This document shows, in pieces, positions 10,732-21,216 of a stretch of DNA of 64,000 nucleotides. Every line of letters begins with the position of its first letter. Position 1 is the first letter of the stretch. The notes below the pieces were generated by a model. The model was given only the letters and a program-made list of their open reading frames with translations. It did no database searches and was not told where the DNA came from. A program made the position numbers and the translations under genes. This DNA comes from Polyangiaceae bacterium (GTDB lineage Bacteria; Myxococcota_A; Polyangia; Polyangiales; Polyangiaceae), in the NCBI GenBank assembly GCA_033763455.1, contig JANRKO010000006.1:320001-384000 (forward strand), given 5' to 3'.

Positions 10732-10805
10732 GGGCCCATAGCTCAATTGGTCAGAGCCCCCGGCTCATAACCGGGCTGTTGCTGGTTCGAACCCAGCTGG
10801 GCCCA
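10732..10805 (+). tRNA. tRNA with CAT anticodon, most likely tRNA-Ile2 (lysidine)
   Basis: Cloverleaf: GGGCCCA/TGGGCCC acceptor stem, CCCGG-CTCATAA-CCGGG anticodon arm, GTTCGAA T-loop; CCA not encoded; Ile2 identity inferred from resemblance to known Ile2 tRNAs. Confidence 0.88.
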
Positions 10806-10861
10806 CTACTTTTGGGTCGGTTGTGTCTCTCTGGAATACGTGGCAAGGAGCGCCCTCAATA

Positions 10862-11626
10862 GTGACGATTCAAGCGGAAGTTGAGATCTTAGAAGGCCTC
10901 TCCAAGCTCGACCAAAGCCTTGCCGGTTTGCTCGAAGAGCTTGGCCGGGAACGCACCGCGCTCGAAGGGAAGCGACAAAAGCTTAAGGAGCTTCAAGCGC
11001 GCGTAGCTTCTGCGGCTCAAGGCCTACAGGAGATGGACCGCACTCGAAGTGAACTTCTCACCGAAGTTCGGCAGATGAGTGTTCAGCTCGATCGCTCACG
11101 TGAAAAGCTGTCACGCTGTCGGACCGAGCGTGAAGCCAACGCAGCCCAGCGAGAGGTCGAGGAGATGCGAAAGCTCTACCGAGACCGCGAGCAGGAAATA
11201 GAGAAGTTAGCGAGCATTTCGGAGCAAGGTAAGCTTGAGCTTGAGAAAACTACGGCCGAGCGAGATAAGTTGGAGGGTGAGTTGGGCGCTAATGAGGGCA
11301 CCGTTACGACCCACCTCACAGAGCTTGAGAGGCGTTCCAAGCTCATTGAAGACGAACGCAAGGCCCTAGTAAGCGGCCTCAACGTAGTGCTCTATCGTCG
11401 GTACGAATTGGTGCGCAAGCGTCGTGGGTCCGCAATTGCGTACACGTCGGATGGGATCTGCTCTGCCTGTCACGTGCGGATCGCTCCGATGATGTTCCAC
11501 ACGCTTATGCGGGGTACGTCCTTCGAGCAGTGCCCTAACTGCAACCGCATCCTCTATTACCGTGAGCCCGGTTCTGCTGCTGCCGCCGAGCCCCAGGAGT
11601 CTTCTGCGACGCATGATTCCAAGTAG
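10862..11626 (+). CDS. Coiled-coil protein with C-terminal C4 zinc ribbon (DUF164-like)
   Basis: Long heptad region then CSACH...CPNCNRILY; AAGGAG before the GTG. Confidence 0.88.
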   Translation: MTIQAEVEILEGLSKLDQSLAGLLEELGRERTALEGKRQKLKELQARVASAAQGLQEMDRTRSELLTEVRQMSVQLDRSREKLSRCRTEREANAAQREVEEMRKLYRDREQEIEKLASISEQGKLELEKTTAERDKLEGELGANEGTVTTHLTELERRSKLIEDERKALVSGLNVVLYRRYELVRKRRGSAIAYTSDGICSACHVRIAPMMFHTLMRGTSFEQCPNCNRILYYREPGSAAAAEPQESSATHDSK

Positions 11627-11662
11627 CGACCTTTCGCACCATCCGGAGCCGAGGAGTTTCGC

Positions 11663-13006
11663 ATGAAAGCCTGCCCCACGTGTGGGCGCCTGTTTCCGCA
11701 GGACGCCGCGTTTTGCCCAGTCGACGGTCAAGCGCTGAAAAATGCGACGGACGTGCCGGTGGTCGCAGACGCAAGCGATCCACGTGTTGGGCAGTTGATG
11801 TGCGGGCGTTACCAGGTCCGTCGGGTGATTGCTGACGGAGGAATGGGGCGCGTTTACGAAGCTCTCGACGTGCAGGCTCGGGCGAGCGTGGCGCTAAAAG
11901 TGCTCCATCCTGAGGTCGCCGTCGACGAAGTGCAGCTTCAGCGCTTCAAGCGCGAGTTCGAGGTGAGCAAGGAGCTTCCACATCATCACATTGTGGATGT
12001 GCGTGATTTTCAGCCAACGCACGATGGCAGTTACGTGCTGGCCATGGAGCTGCTCTACGGCGAGGAGCTCCGCGCAACTTTAAAGCGAGAAGGGGTGATC
12101 GCACCTGCGCGCGTGATTCGCATGCTGAGCCAGGTGGCCATCGGCCTGGACGCGGCACACGCAAAGAAGCTCGTGCATCGGGATCTTAAGCCAGACAACA
12201 TTTACCTGTGTCAGGCCGCAGATGGCGACACGATTAAGATTTTGGACTTTGGGTCCGTGCGCGACAACACCGAGACCGCGAAGAAGCTCACCGTAATGGG
12301 CACCACGATCGGCTCTCCGTATTACATGGCCCCCGAGCAGGCGCAGGGCCTAGACTCGTTGGATCACCGTGCGGACGTATGGGCGCTGGCCGCGATCGTC
12401 TACGAGGCAGTGACGGGGCAAGTGCCGTTTAATGGGCCTAACGGTCCGTCAATTCTGCTTCAGATCCTCACCAAGGAACCCGCCGCTCCCAGCCAAGCTG
12501 GGGCAGGGAAGAAATACCCCGTGCCGCCGACGTTGGATCGCGTCATGGCCCACGGCCTGAAGAAGCTCCCGGCGCTCAGAATCAACAGTGTTGGCGAGCT
12601 CGCGGACGCGGTGGGGCAGGCCTACGGCCTGACGGGCAACCATCTGGACTGGGCAGTGGCCGCCCAGGCTGCGCTCGCGGCTCAGATCGAAAGCCGCTTG
12701 CCGGGCTTGATGACACCCGAAGCTCCTAAGAAGCCGGACACGGTCGATGATTTTTTTGGTGAGTCTGAGGCCCTGGGCGCAACAGTAGCGAGTGCTCCTC
12801 CCGGGTTCGTTCCGCCAACCCAGGCGTCCGCGCCCGCAGGAGGCCCAGCGGTGGCGCCGTGGCAGCAGCCGCTTGCGAGCGCCACAAGCGAAGAAGGGCT
12901 CGCTGTGGCGGGGGTTCCAAAGCCGGGCTTAAATTGGCCCGTCATGGCCGCCGTAGCGGTGGCCGCCCTGGTGCTGGGTGTTGTCTTGGTGCTTTTTTTG
13001 CGCTGA
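11663..13006 (+). CDS. Ser/Thr protein kinase with N-terminal zinc ribbon and C-terminal TM
   Basis: GGMGRVY, VALKVL, HRDLKPDN, DFG, YMAPEQ; CPTC..CPVDG. Confidence 0.93.
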   Translation: MKACPTCGRLFPQDAAFCPVDGQALKNATDVPVVADASDPRVGQLMCGRYQVRRVIADGGMGRVYEALDVQARASVALKVLHPEVAVDEVQLQRFKREFEVSKELPHHHIVDVRDFQPTHDGSYVLAMELLYGEELRATLKREGVIAPARVIRMLSQVAIGLDAAHAKKLVHRDLKPDNIYLCQAADGDTIKILDFGSVRDNTETAKKLTVMGTTIGSPYYMAPEQAQGLDSLDHRADVWALAAIVYEAVTGQVPFNGPNGPSILLQILTKEPAAPSQAGAGKKYPVPPTLDRVMAHGLKKLPALRINSVGELADAVGQAYGLTGNHLDWAVAAQAALAAQIESRLPGLMTPEAPKKPDTVDDFFGESEALGATVASAPPGFVPPTQASAPAGGPAVAPWQQPLASATSEEGLAVAGVPKPGLNWPVMAAVAVAALVLGVVLVLFLR

Positions 13007-13083
13007 GTTGGGAGAGGGCCCCCTTTTGTTCGGGGCTGGGGCGAGGTTGGCGCCTCGGCGCGTTTTGACCTAAGAAGAGCCTT

Positions 13084-13611
13084 ATGGGTCGTTCTGTGAC
13101 GTTCGTGGGTCCCCTGTTTTTTTCAATCTCGCTCGCGGGCGTTTGGTCCTGCAGCAAGCATGAGGCGAAAGCTGAGCCGCCCACAGCTGTGAACGTGGCG
13201 GCGGCTACGGCAGCGAATGGGTCGTTGGCCACCGAGGCCACGGGGCCCGCCGCAGCGCCCAAGTTCGATGATGTCGCGTTTGAGGTGGCGATGGTGGCCA
13301 CTGGTCCCATTAAAGCGGGTCAGCCGAGCGCTGTGGAAGTAAGGCTTAAGGCAAAGAGCCCGTACCACTGCAACGACAAGTATCCCTACAAGTTCAAGCC
13401 GAAGGCGACGGATGGCATCGAGTTCGAAGAACCTGTCGTGCGGTCGGAGAAGGGCAAGCTCGAAAAATCCACCTTCACGTTGCCGATTCGCTTTACGCCC
13501 AAGGCGGCCGGTCCGCACAGAATTGAAGGGCAGTTCTCGTTTTCAGTCTGTACCGACGATCGCTGCCTAGTTGAACGTCGCGATCTCGCTTTGCCCGTGG
13601 AAGTTCAGTAA
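13084..13611 (+). CDS. Lipoprotein with DsbD-N-like Ig fold
   Basis: Lipobox-like VWSC; YHCNDKYP and FSVCTDDRC. Confidence 0.6.
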   Translation: MGRSVTFVGPLFFSISLAGVWSCSKHEAKAEPPTAVNVAAATAANGSLATEATGPAAAPKFDDVAFEVAMVATGPIKAGQPSAVEVRLKAKSPYHCNDKYPYKFKPKATDGIEFEEPVVRSEKGKLEKSTFTLPIRFTPKAAGPHRIEGQFSFSVCTDDRCLVERRDLALPVEVQ

Positions 13612-13753
13612 CCCGCGGCCTTGCTGCACTGCGTTTCTAACGACAAATTGGCCTGGCTGGCGAGTTCTGAAGAGAAATCGCAAACGGCCGGTTCGTTGTC
13701 CGGGCTGGCGCAACTTTACGTTGTCCGGGGGTTGCGTGTTACTCTAGCCCACT

Positions 13754-16003
13754 ATGGCCTCGAGCGTTCTAGAGGAACTTCGCAAGATCGCGACAGACAT
13801 CCGAGCCTCCTTCCAGGAGGAGAAGCGACGGCTTTCGTTTCAGGAATACCTGGAGTTGTTCGAAACTGATCCCGTTCGGCATTCCCGCGATGCGTCGCGT
13901 TACGTGCGCGACATGTTCACCTTTTACGGCACCGAGGAAGTTCAGCATCCGTTTGGTGTGGCGACGCGCTTCAAGCTTTTTGATCTGCCCTTTTCCGATC
14001 CCGAAGTAGCCCGCCGCGAGGCCCTTGTTGGCCAAGAAGCGCTCCAGCAGGAAATCTTTCGCTCACTCAATAATTTTGGACGCGAGGGCCGGCCGAACCG
14101 AATGATCCTGCTGCACGGCCCAAACGGATCGGCAAAAACCACCGCGGTGGCTTGCCTCATGCGAGCGCTTGAAAATTACTCAACGCTGGACGAAGGCGCT
14201 CTCTACCGCTTTCATTGGATCTTCCCGAATTACATGAAGCTCAAGGGGTCGATTGGTTTTACCCGTGGGCGAGGCAATGCCAATGATGCTTCGAGCTACG
14301 CCCATCTCGACGAAGAAGAGGTGGACGCGCGTCTTTTCATAGAAGTGCGAGATCATCCGCTTTTTCTGATCCCTGAACCGAAACGCGCTCGGTGGTTAGA
14401 GGACCTCTACGCCCGCACGGGAGCCAAAGAGCCACCCCCGGCTTGGATCGTGCGCGGAAGCCTTTCGCATAAGAGTAAGCAGGTATTTGACGCGCTTTTG
14501 GGCAGTTACGACGGCGATCTCAATGAGGTGCTGCGTCACGTACAGGTAGAGCGCTACTTCATTTCGAGGCGCTACCGCATCGGTGCTGTAACGATTGGTC
14601 CTCAGCTTTCAGTGGATGCTGGAGAACGCCAGGTAACCGCCGACCGCAGCGTGGGTGCATTGCCTACTTCGCTTCAGTCCCTTTCGTTATTCGAGGCCTA
14701 CGGCGAGCTGCTTGATTGCGCTGGAGGAATTGTTGAATTCTCCGACCTATTGAAGCGCCCGCTGGATGCCTTCAAGTATCTCCAGCAGACGGTCGAAACG
14801 GGCACCATTAGCCTGCGTTCTCAGGATGTGGCGCTCAACTGCGTCATGGTGGGTAGTGCGAACGAGCTGCACCTGGCGGCTTTCCGAGAACATCCCGAAT
14901 ACGAGAGTTTTCGCGGCCGCATGGAGCTCATTCGGGCCCCCTATTTGCGGAGTTGGGTTCAAGAGAAGCACATTTACGATTCTCAAATCGCGCCCCAGGT
15001 TCGGCGCCACGTGGCCCCGCACGCTACCGAAATAGGTGCGATGTTCGCGGTACTCACCCGGATGCGCCGTCCGAAGGCCGAACGCTATGAAGGCGCGCTA
15101 GCGCAGTTGATTTCCGAGCTAACGGCCGTCGAGAAAATGGACCTCTATTCCCTCGGGCATCCGCCCGAACGGTTCAGTGAAGACGCCCGCAAGCTCCTGC
15201 GAGCGAACATCCACAAGCTCTACCACGAGAGTGACGCGTACCCCGTTTTCGAAGGTGGAAGCGGCGCGAGCCCGCGCGAGATGCGCACTGTGCTCTTGGA
15301 TGCGGCGCAGAGCCCACTCCATGAGTGCCTGTCACCTTTTGCTGTGCTCCGGGAGCTCGACGAACTATGTTCCCGCCCGAATGATTACCCGTTTTTGCAA
15401 GAAGAACGCTTGCCGGGTGGCTACCACGACCACGCTCTTTTCAGGAGCCTTTTGCGGCAACGGTTGCTTGATGAGCTCGAAGCGGAAATGTGCGCGGCGA
15501 GTGGGCTCGTAGATGAAGCCCGCTATGCGGAACTGTTCGAGCGCTACATTTCGCATGTAAGCTTCTGGATTAAAGGTGAAAAGATCCAGAATCCGGTTAC
15601 CGGTCAGCATGAAAATCCGGACGAGAATTTGATGAGCGAAGTGGAGGCACTCATTGGGGGTGCGGATCGCCCCGAGCAAGTGCGGCACACGCTGATCAAC
15701 TTGATTGGTGCCTGGGCTGTCGATCACCAAGGCGAACCTGTGAGTAGCTCAGCGATCTTTAGGGAGTACACCAAGCGCTTGAAAGATGCGGTATTTACTC
15801 AGCGCCGCACACCCATCGCCAAAATTTGTCGAGACATGGTGGTGCTCCTTCGCGACAACGGCTCAGGCCTCGATAGCGCGCAGAAGAAAACGGCGTCCGA
15901 GGCTATCGAGCGAATGAAATCGCGCTTTGGTTACGAGGAAGCTTCCGCTGTAGATGCCTGTGCAGCCCTCCTGAGCGAACGTTTTGCGGATGTTTTCCAC
16001 TAA
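13754..16003 (+). CDS. prkA: PrkA-family AAA serine protein kinase
   Basis: LSFQEYL, LLHGPNGSAKTT, GIVEFSDLLKRPLDAF, GASPREMR. Confidence 0.9.
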   Translation: MASSVLEELRKIATDIRASFQEEKRRLSFQEYLELFETDPVRHSRDASRYVRDMFTFYGTEEVQHPFGVATRFKLFDLPFSDPEVARREALVGQEALQQEIFRSLNNFGREGRPNRMILLHGPNGSAKTTAVACLMRALENYSTLDEGALYRFHWIFPNYMKLKGSIGFTRGRGNANDASSYAHLDEEEVDARLFIEVRDHPLFLIPEPKRARWLEDLYARTGAKEPPPAWIVRGSLSHKSKQVFDALLGSYDGDLNEVLRHVQVERYFISRRYRIGAVTIGPQLSVDAGERQVTADRSVGALPTSLQSLSLFEAYGELLDCAGGIVEFSDLLKRPLDAFKYLQQTVETGTISLRSQDVALNCVMVGSANELHLAAFREHPEYESFRGRMELIRAPYLRSWVQEKHIYDSQIAPQVRRHVAPHATEIGAMFAVLTRMRRPKAERYEGALAQLISELTAVEKMDLYSLGHPPERFSEDARKLLRANIHKLYHESDAYPVFEGGSGASPREMRTVLLDAAQSPLHECLSPFAVLRELDELCSRPNDYPFLQEERLPGGYHDHALFRSLLRQRLLDELEAEMCAASGLVDEARYAELFERYISHVSFWIKGEKIQNPVTGQHENPDENLMSEVEALIGGADRPEQVRHTLINLIGAWAVDHQGEPVSSSAIFREYTKRLKDAVFTQRRTPIAKICRDMVVLLRDNGSGLDSAQKKTASEAIERMKSRFGYEEASAVDACAALLSERFADVFH

Positions 16004-16113
16004 AGGCGGCGTCCGGAAAAGCGCCCCGGTGCCTCTCCTTGCCTCTCTCCCATGCTTCGGAAGATTCTCGCTCAGTCGACCAAAGGCTTGCTCGGCATTA
16101 TTGAGGTAGGGCG

Positions 16114-16905
16114 ATGATCGATACCCATTGTCACTTGGATGCCCGGAGCTTTCCAGAGGGGGCCGACGCCGTGATCGAGCGAGCGAACCAGGCGGGCGTG
16201 TTTGGGTTTGTTTGCATCGGGGTAAGCGACCTTGCCACGGCCCAGTTTGCAAAAGATCTCGCCGAGCGTCGCTCCGATGTTGCGGCCACGGCCGGCGTGC
16301 ACCCGCACGATGCCTCCAGTTATTCGGACGAACTCGAACAGCAGCTAGCCGCCTTTTTCGAAAGTGAACACGTGGTTGCCGTTGGCGAAACGGGCCTAGA
16401 TTACCATTACCATCATTCTCCGAAAGAGACCCAGGCCGAAGTCTTTCGCCGGCAAATCTCACTCGCGCGTTCCGCCCGTAAGCCTCTAGTTATCCACACA
16501 CGCACGGCTCCCGCCGATACCCTCGACATTCTCACGAGCGAAAACGCACGGGACGTCGGCGGTGTCATTCACTGCTTTAGCGAAGACCTGCCCTTCGCCG
16601 AACGAGCTCTGTCATTAGGGTTCGATTTGTCGTTCTCGGGCATCGTTACTTTCAAGACGGCGCACGCCATCAAGGAGGTGGCCCGCTGGGCCCCCCTCAC
16701 GAGCATTCTCCTGGAGACAGACAGCCCCTATCTCTCCCCAATGCCACTCAGGGGGAAGCGCTGCGAGCCCGGCTACATGGAGCACACGGCCCGCTTCATC
16801 GCTGAGCTCCGGGGGATTTCCCTGCCTGAGCTCGATCGAGTCACAACGGAGAATGCCATTCGGCGATTTGGCCCCCGGCTGGCCGCTTCACCCTTGACAG
16901 CCTGA
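16114..16905 (+). CDS. tatD: TatD family hydrolase
   Basis: IDTHCHL, GVHPH, VGETGLDY, HCFS, ETDSPYL. Confidence 0.95.
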   Translation: MIDTHCHLDARSFPEGADAVIERANQAGVFGFVCIGVSDLATAQFAKDLAERRSDVAATAGVHPHDASSYSDELEQQLAAFFESEHVVAVGETGLDYHYHHSPKETQAEVFRRQISLARSARKPLVIHTRTAPADTLDILTSENARDVGGVIHCFSEDLPFAERALSLGFDLSFSGIVTFKTAHAIKEVARWAPLTSILLETDSPYLSPMPLRGKRCEPGYMEHTARFIAELRGISLPELDRVTTENAIRRFGPRLAASPLTA

Positions 16906-16923
16906 CCCGGCTTTCCCCATAGT
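16894..16923 (+). promoter_or_regulatory. sigma70-type promoter for tRNA-Met
   Basis: TTGACA-N18-CATAGT followed by a GC-rich discriminator, just upstream of the tRNA. Confidence 0.5.
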
Positions 16924-16935
16924 GCCGGCCCTTTT

Positions 16936-17009
16936 GCCGAAGTAGCTCAGCTGGTTAGAGCACGCGCTTCATAAGTGCGGGGTCGACGGTTCAAGTCCGT
17001 CCTTCGGTA
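16936..17009 (+). tRNA. tRNA-Met(CAT), elongator type
   Basis: GCCGAAG/CTTCGGT acceptor stem, CGCGC-TTCATAA-GTGCG anticodon arm, GTTCAAG T-loop; lacks the initiator C1:A72 mismatch and 3 GC pairs. Confidence 0.88.
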
Positions 17010-17139
17010 CCGAGAATCTTGAGTGATTGCGGGGGCTTCTGGAGCCTTCGCAAGCGTGGGAGGTTCGTGGCACCTGGGGTTCCCGCCCGGCGTTGGGGTG
17101 GCGCTTTAGGCGTAAAGAGGATCGGCCGTTGGTGGGTCA

Positions 17140-17544
17140 ATGACTTCGGCCGCTACGCGTCCAACCCTCCTCCTGGTAGACGATTCCACCGAAGTGCTGG
17201 AGCAGGCGAGTGCTTACCTCGAGCACCAGGGGTATCGCGTCGTGTGCGTCGCCGATGCTTTTGACGCTTTGGCTGTGATGCGCGAGCAGAAGCCACACCT
17301 TGTGATTCTCGACATTCAGATGCCGTTCGAGGGTGACGCAGTGGCGCGACTCCTAGATCGGTTTCATTCGACGCCTCTCATCTATTACTCCGCTGTGGAT
17401 GACTCTGTTGGTGAGGCTTTGGCACGTAAGAGCAAAAACGCGAGTTTCGTACCCAAGGGTACGGGCCTTCGCGCCTTGGCTCGCGAAATCGCCGGGCGGC
17501 TGATCGCTGAAGCCGAAATCATTCCGCCTCGCGGTCCTAGCTGA
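17140..17544 (+). CDS. Single-domain response regulator
   Basis: LLVDD, LVILDIQMP, YYSA, FVPKG. Confidence 0.88.
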   Translation: MTSAATRPTLLLVDDSTEVLEQASAYLEHQGYRVVCVADAFDALAVMREQKPHLVILDIQMPFEGDAVARLLDRFHSTPLIYYSAVDDSVGEALARKSKNASFVPKGTGLRALAREIAGRLIAEAEIIPPRGPS

Positions 17545-17588
17545 CGAGACCTCAGCGTCTTTTTCCACTTAACGGAGAACCACCAAAG

Positions 17589-18755
17589 ATGTCGACAACC
17601 GCCAAGCTGAGCGTCAAAAAGGGCGCGTCTACTGCGAGCGACCCGATCCTTGCAGCACGCGAGCTTCACTCCGCCTTGTTCCAACAAGACATCTCGTTGG
17701 TGGTGTTCTTCTGCTCGCCGCGTTACCCGCTAGATCCCCTTGCAACTGAGCTTGCTAGGCTTTTCGGAGAGACCGAGATTGTGGGCTGCACCACAGCGGG
17801 AGAAATCTCTCCGATCGGCTATCTGGAGGGATCCATTACCGGCGTAAGTATTGCTTCAGCCGACTTCCGCGCGGCTACTGCACGCATTGACAACATCGGT
17901 CAGTTTGACGTCACCGATGCAGAGCGTGTTGCCACTCTGGTTAATGCCAAACTTGCCGGGCACGACGGCGCAGCATTGCCCGAACAGCGATTCGGATTCT
18001 TGTTGATCGATGGGTTGTGTACGCAAGAAGAGCTCGTGACAAGTGCGCTCTACCGTGCGCTTGGGGGCATTGATTTGTTTGGTGGGTCAGCGGGGGATGG
18101 CGTTGATTTCGTGAGTACCTACGTGTACCACGCGGGAGCCTTCCACTCGAACGCGGCGGTGATAACGGTAGTCGCCACGAGCTTGCCGTTCATGGTCTTC
18201 AAGACTCAGCATTTTGTGGGTTCAAACTCCAAGATGGTGGTTACCGAGGCTGATCCTGTGCGGCGTATTGTTAGCGAAATCAACGGAGAGCCTGCGGGGC
18301 GCGAATACGCGAGGGTTGTGGGGCTTGATGTGGATAAGCTGACGCCGATGATCTTTGCATCACATCCCGTTGTGGTAAAGCTCGGTGGGGAAGTTTATGT
18401 CCGATCCATTCAGAAACTGAACGATGACGGAAGCCTTTCCTTCTTCTGCGCCATCGACGAAGGCATTGTTCTGACCCTCGCGCAGGGCGTTGATATTGTT
18501 GAAAACCTGCAAGGGGCGTTCGCCTCGGTTCGCGAACGTATGGGGACACCGGAGCTCGTGTTGGGGTGCGATTGCATTCTGCGAAACCTGGAGCTTCAAC
18601 AGCGCGCTCTTCGGGAGAAAGTGGGTGACATCTTCAGGGAGAACAACGTGATTGGCTTTGCGACGTACGGGGAACAGTTCAACGCCATGCACGTGAATCA
18701 GACATTTACCGGGGTTGCCATTGGGACTTCTAAAGGTGAGAGGGAGCGAGCATGA
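17589..18755 (+). CDS. nosP: FIST-domain sensor, NosP-like
   Basis: GCTTAGEI, LLIDGL, LFGGSAGDG, GCDCILR, GFATYGEQF..MHVNQTFTG. Confidence 0.85.
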   Translation: MSTTAKLSVKKGASTASDPILAARELHSALFQQDISLVVFFCSPRYPLDPLATELARLFGETEIVGCTTAGEISPIGYLEGSITGVSIASADFRAATARIDNIGQFDVTDAERVATLVNAKLAGHDGAALPEQRFGFLLIDGLCTQEELVTSALYRALGGIDLFGGSAGDGVDFVSTYVYHAGAFHSNAAVITVVATSLPFMVFKTQHFVGSNSKMVVTEADPVRRIVSEINGEPAGREYARVVGLDVDKLTPMIFASHPVVVKLGGEVYVRSIQKLNDDGSLSFFCAIDEGIVLTLAQGVDIVENLQGAFASVRERMGTPELVLGCDCILRNLELQQRALREKVGDIFRENNVIGFATYGEQFNAMHVNQTFTGVAIGTSKGERERA

Positions 18756-20206
18756 CTGAGGGACGCGCAGAGCTCGAACGGGAGGTTGCCCGGCTCACCA
18801 AGATCAATCAGGCTCTTTTAGGGCGCGTGGAGCGATCCATGAACATGCAAGGCGATGCTTTTGCCTTGTTTCAAGCGGCGACGGTTCTCGAAAAGAAGGT
18901 GAAAGAACGTACCCTGGAGCTCGAGCAGGCGCTCCGCGAGCTACGGCTCACCAATCGTGATCTGAGCGAAGCTAAAGAAGCCGCTGAGGCTGCGGTGCGA
19001 TTCAAGGACGCTTTTTTGGCGAGCATGAGTCACGAGCTTCGAACTCCGCTCAATGCCGTGCTGGGGCTGTCGGAGACACTGCAGGACGGTGTCTATGGTC
19101 CCGTGAGCGACAGGCAAGCCGAATGCTTGCGAACGATCGAATCGAGTGGGCGCCATCTGCTCACACTGATCAACGATATTTTGGATCTCGCCAAGCTAGG
19201 AGCTGGCGGTTTTAGCGCGAACCTAGGTGTTGTTACTTTGCAGGCGGTGTGTGGGGGGTGTCTGCAGTTGGTTCAGCAGCAAGCCGAGCGCAAGCGAGTT
19301 GAGCTCAAGTTGGATATGAGCCGGAGTCCGGCCGGACTTGTGAGCGATGAAAAGCGTCTGAAGCAGATCCTGGTGAACTTGCTGGGCAATGCCGTAAAAT
19401 TCACGCCGAGTGGTGGTTCCGTTGAGCTTGCGGTAGAGCTCGAAAGCGACGGAAGCACACTCTTTTCCGTCAGCGACACGGGGATCGGGATTTCGCCGGA
19501 AAATTTGGAGCGGGTCTTTCAGCCATTTGTTCAGATCGAGAGTAGCCTGTCGCGTCGGTATGAAGGCACGGGCCTCGGACTGGCGTTGGTGCAGCAACTT
19601 TCCACACTGTTGGGTGGCTCTGTTAGCGTGGAGAGCACCCCCGGCAGGGGGAGCCGTTTCAGTGTGCGGCTACCACCCAGCTCGGAGCTCGCTGCGGGTG
19701 GCTCTGTTCCACGTGACACCCAGATTGGTAATCTGCGGCGTTCGAGCTTGCGTGTTCGCGAGGCGCTGACGGCAACAAATTCCGAAATGCTTGCCGTTGG
19801 CGGCGTGAGTGAGCCTTCGATAGCGCCCACCGGAACGCGTGGTCTGGTGCTGCTGGCAGAAGATAATGAAGCGAATCAGGCTACGATTGGCGGGTATCTC
19901 AACGCCCGCGGTTATCAGGTGGAGCTGGCCAAAAATGGACGTGAAGCCGTTGAATTCGCCGGTCGAAAGGCATTTGATATCGTGCTGATGGATGTGCAAA
20001 TGCCAGAAATGGATGGCCTTACGGCGATTCAGCGGATCCGGGAGAACGCCGAAATGGGGAATATGCCGATTATCGCCCTCACCGCTCTAGCAATGGTCGG
20101 TGATAGGGAGAGATGCCTTGCGGCTGGAGCCGACGAATATTTGAGCAAGCCACTCGTGTTGCGCGACCTTGTTCGCCACATGGAAGCCCATTTGAACACT
20201 AGGTAG
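18752..20206 (+). CDS. Cytoplasmic hybrid histidine kinase (HisKA-HATPase-REC), NahK-like partner of NosP
   Basis: MSHELRTPLN, NLLGNAVKF, GTGLGL, MDVQMP; ATGA overlap with the FIST gene. Confidence 0.92.
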   Translation: MTEGRAELEREVARLTKINQALLGRVERSMNMQGDAFALFQAATVLEKKVKERTLELEQALRELRLTNRDLSEAKEAAEAAVRFKDAFLASMSHELRTPLNAVLGLSETLQDGVYGPVSDRQAECLRTIESSGRHLLTLINDILDLAKLGAGGFSANLGVVTLQAVCGGCLQLVQQQAERKRVELKLDMSRSPAGLVSDEKRLKQILVNLLGNAVKFTPSGGSVELAVELESDGSTLFSVSDTGIGISPENLERVFQPFVQIESSLSRRYEGTGLGLALVQQLSTLLGGSVSVESTPGRGSRFSVRLPPSSELAAGGSVPRDTQIGNLRRSSLRVREALTATNSEMLAVGGVSEPSIAPTGTRGLVLLAEDNEANQATIGGYLNARGYQVELAKNGREAVEFAGRKAFDIVLMDVQMPEMDGLTAIQRIRENAEMGNMPIIALTALAMVGDRERCLAAGADEYLSKPLVLRDLVRHMEAHLNTR

Positions 20207-20295
20207 ATCGGGTTGCCGCTCGATGCGAGCTGGGTGCTCGCGTCGCGTGAAGTCAATTCCGGAAAGATCGTGCTTTTGCAGCCTCCTGGCGAGAG

Positions 20296-20700
20296 TCAAG
20301 CGACAGCGGCTACGGGAGCCCGCGAGCGGCGTTTCTCGAATACCTGCCGGACGATCTTCGGCAACCGATCGAGGTCGCACTTTTCTACCAACGCGTCCGC
20401 TTTCACGACGTCTCCGAGTTGCCCGAGCTCAGCCGCGTCACCCGAGATGAGGATCACGCTGAGGTTGCCTACCTTGGGGTTGCTGCGGAGCAAAGCTGCG
20501 AGCTTATCTCCCCGCATGCTAGGCATCAGCACATCGATCACGACTACGTCGATGGCATTCTGCACTATGGCTTTGGTGGCCCCAATAGGCGTTGGGAGCG
20601 ACTCTACCCAGCAGCCAGCCTCGGTCAGGTCGTCCGCCATCGTCTGGCGAACAATGTCGTCGTCATCGACCACTAAGACACGGATTGGATTGATCGCCAT
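20296..20700 (-). CDS. Single-domain response regulator
   Basis: VLVVDDD, VVIDVLMP, LISG, VEK. Confidence 0.88.
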   Translation of the reverse strand: MAINPIRVLVVDDDDIVRQTMADDLTEAGCWVESLPTPIGATKAIVQNAIDVVVIDVLMPSMRGDKLAALLRSNPKVGNLSVILISGDAAELGQLGDVVKADALVEKCDLDRLPKIVRQVFEKRRSRAPVAAVA

Positions 20701-20774
20701 CTTGGCTCACCTTGTTCTTGAAAAGTACGCCGGTTGCAGACTACCCGCAGCGGAAGCCGCGTGCCTAAACCCTG

Positions 20775-20790
20775 AGCAAGGAGCGTGCCG
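20775..20790 (-). promoter_or_regulatory. sigma54 (-24/-12) promoter
   Basis: Minus strand CGGCACG-CTCC-TTGCT (GG-N10-GC), 75 nt upstream of the response regulator ATG. Confidence 0.7.
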
Positions 20791-20850
20791 TGGTACACCC
20801 CAGTGTCTGGACCCTTGATTCGCGAAGGTGTCACGCGCCCTGGACGTCAA

Positions 20851-20924
20851 GTTGTGCAACGTGTTGTGCAGGCAGAAGTGCATTTTGCACAGACTGGACA
20901 TTTTCGTACGTACCGTTGCACAAC
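20851..20924. promoter_or_regulatory. Probable enhancer (UAS) for a sigma54 activator
   Basis: Perfect 11-bp inverted repeat GTTGTGCAACG (20851-61) / CGTTGCACAAC (20914-24) around the palindrome GTGCA-TTT-TGCAC (20878-90). Confidence 0.5.
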
Positions 20925-21216
20925 CCCTTGAGTTATCGCGTCATCCTCTGCGCAACAGCGCCAACACTCTGTCGTTGGCGTGGATCAACCTGAGATTTGG
21001 TGCCTGCCTCAACCGTCCTGCGCAGAGACATGTCTGATATTTGGGGGGCTGGAGCCCCGTGTTGGCCTTGGCGCGGCGGTTTACGGTGCTCGCGATCACG
21101 GTTTCTAGCTATCCCACAGCTTAACTACCGTGCCGGTGCGCCGTTCCCATCGTCGTGGTTGAAGCAAGTCCTCGCCGCCCTTCCCCCGACGGGCGCCCAC
21201 AACTGAGCATTCCGGC

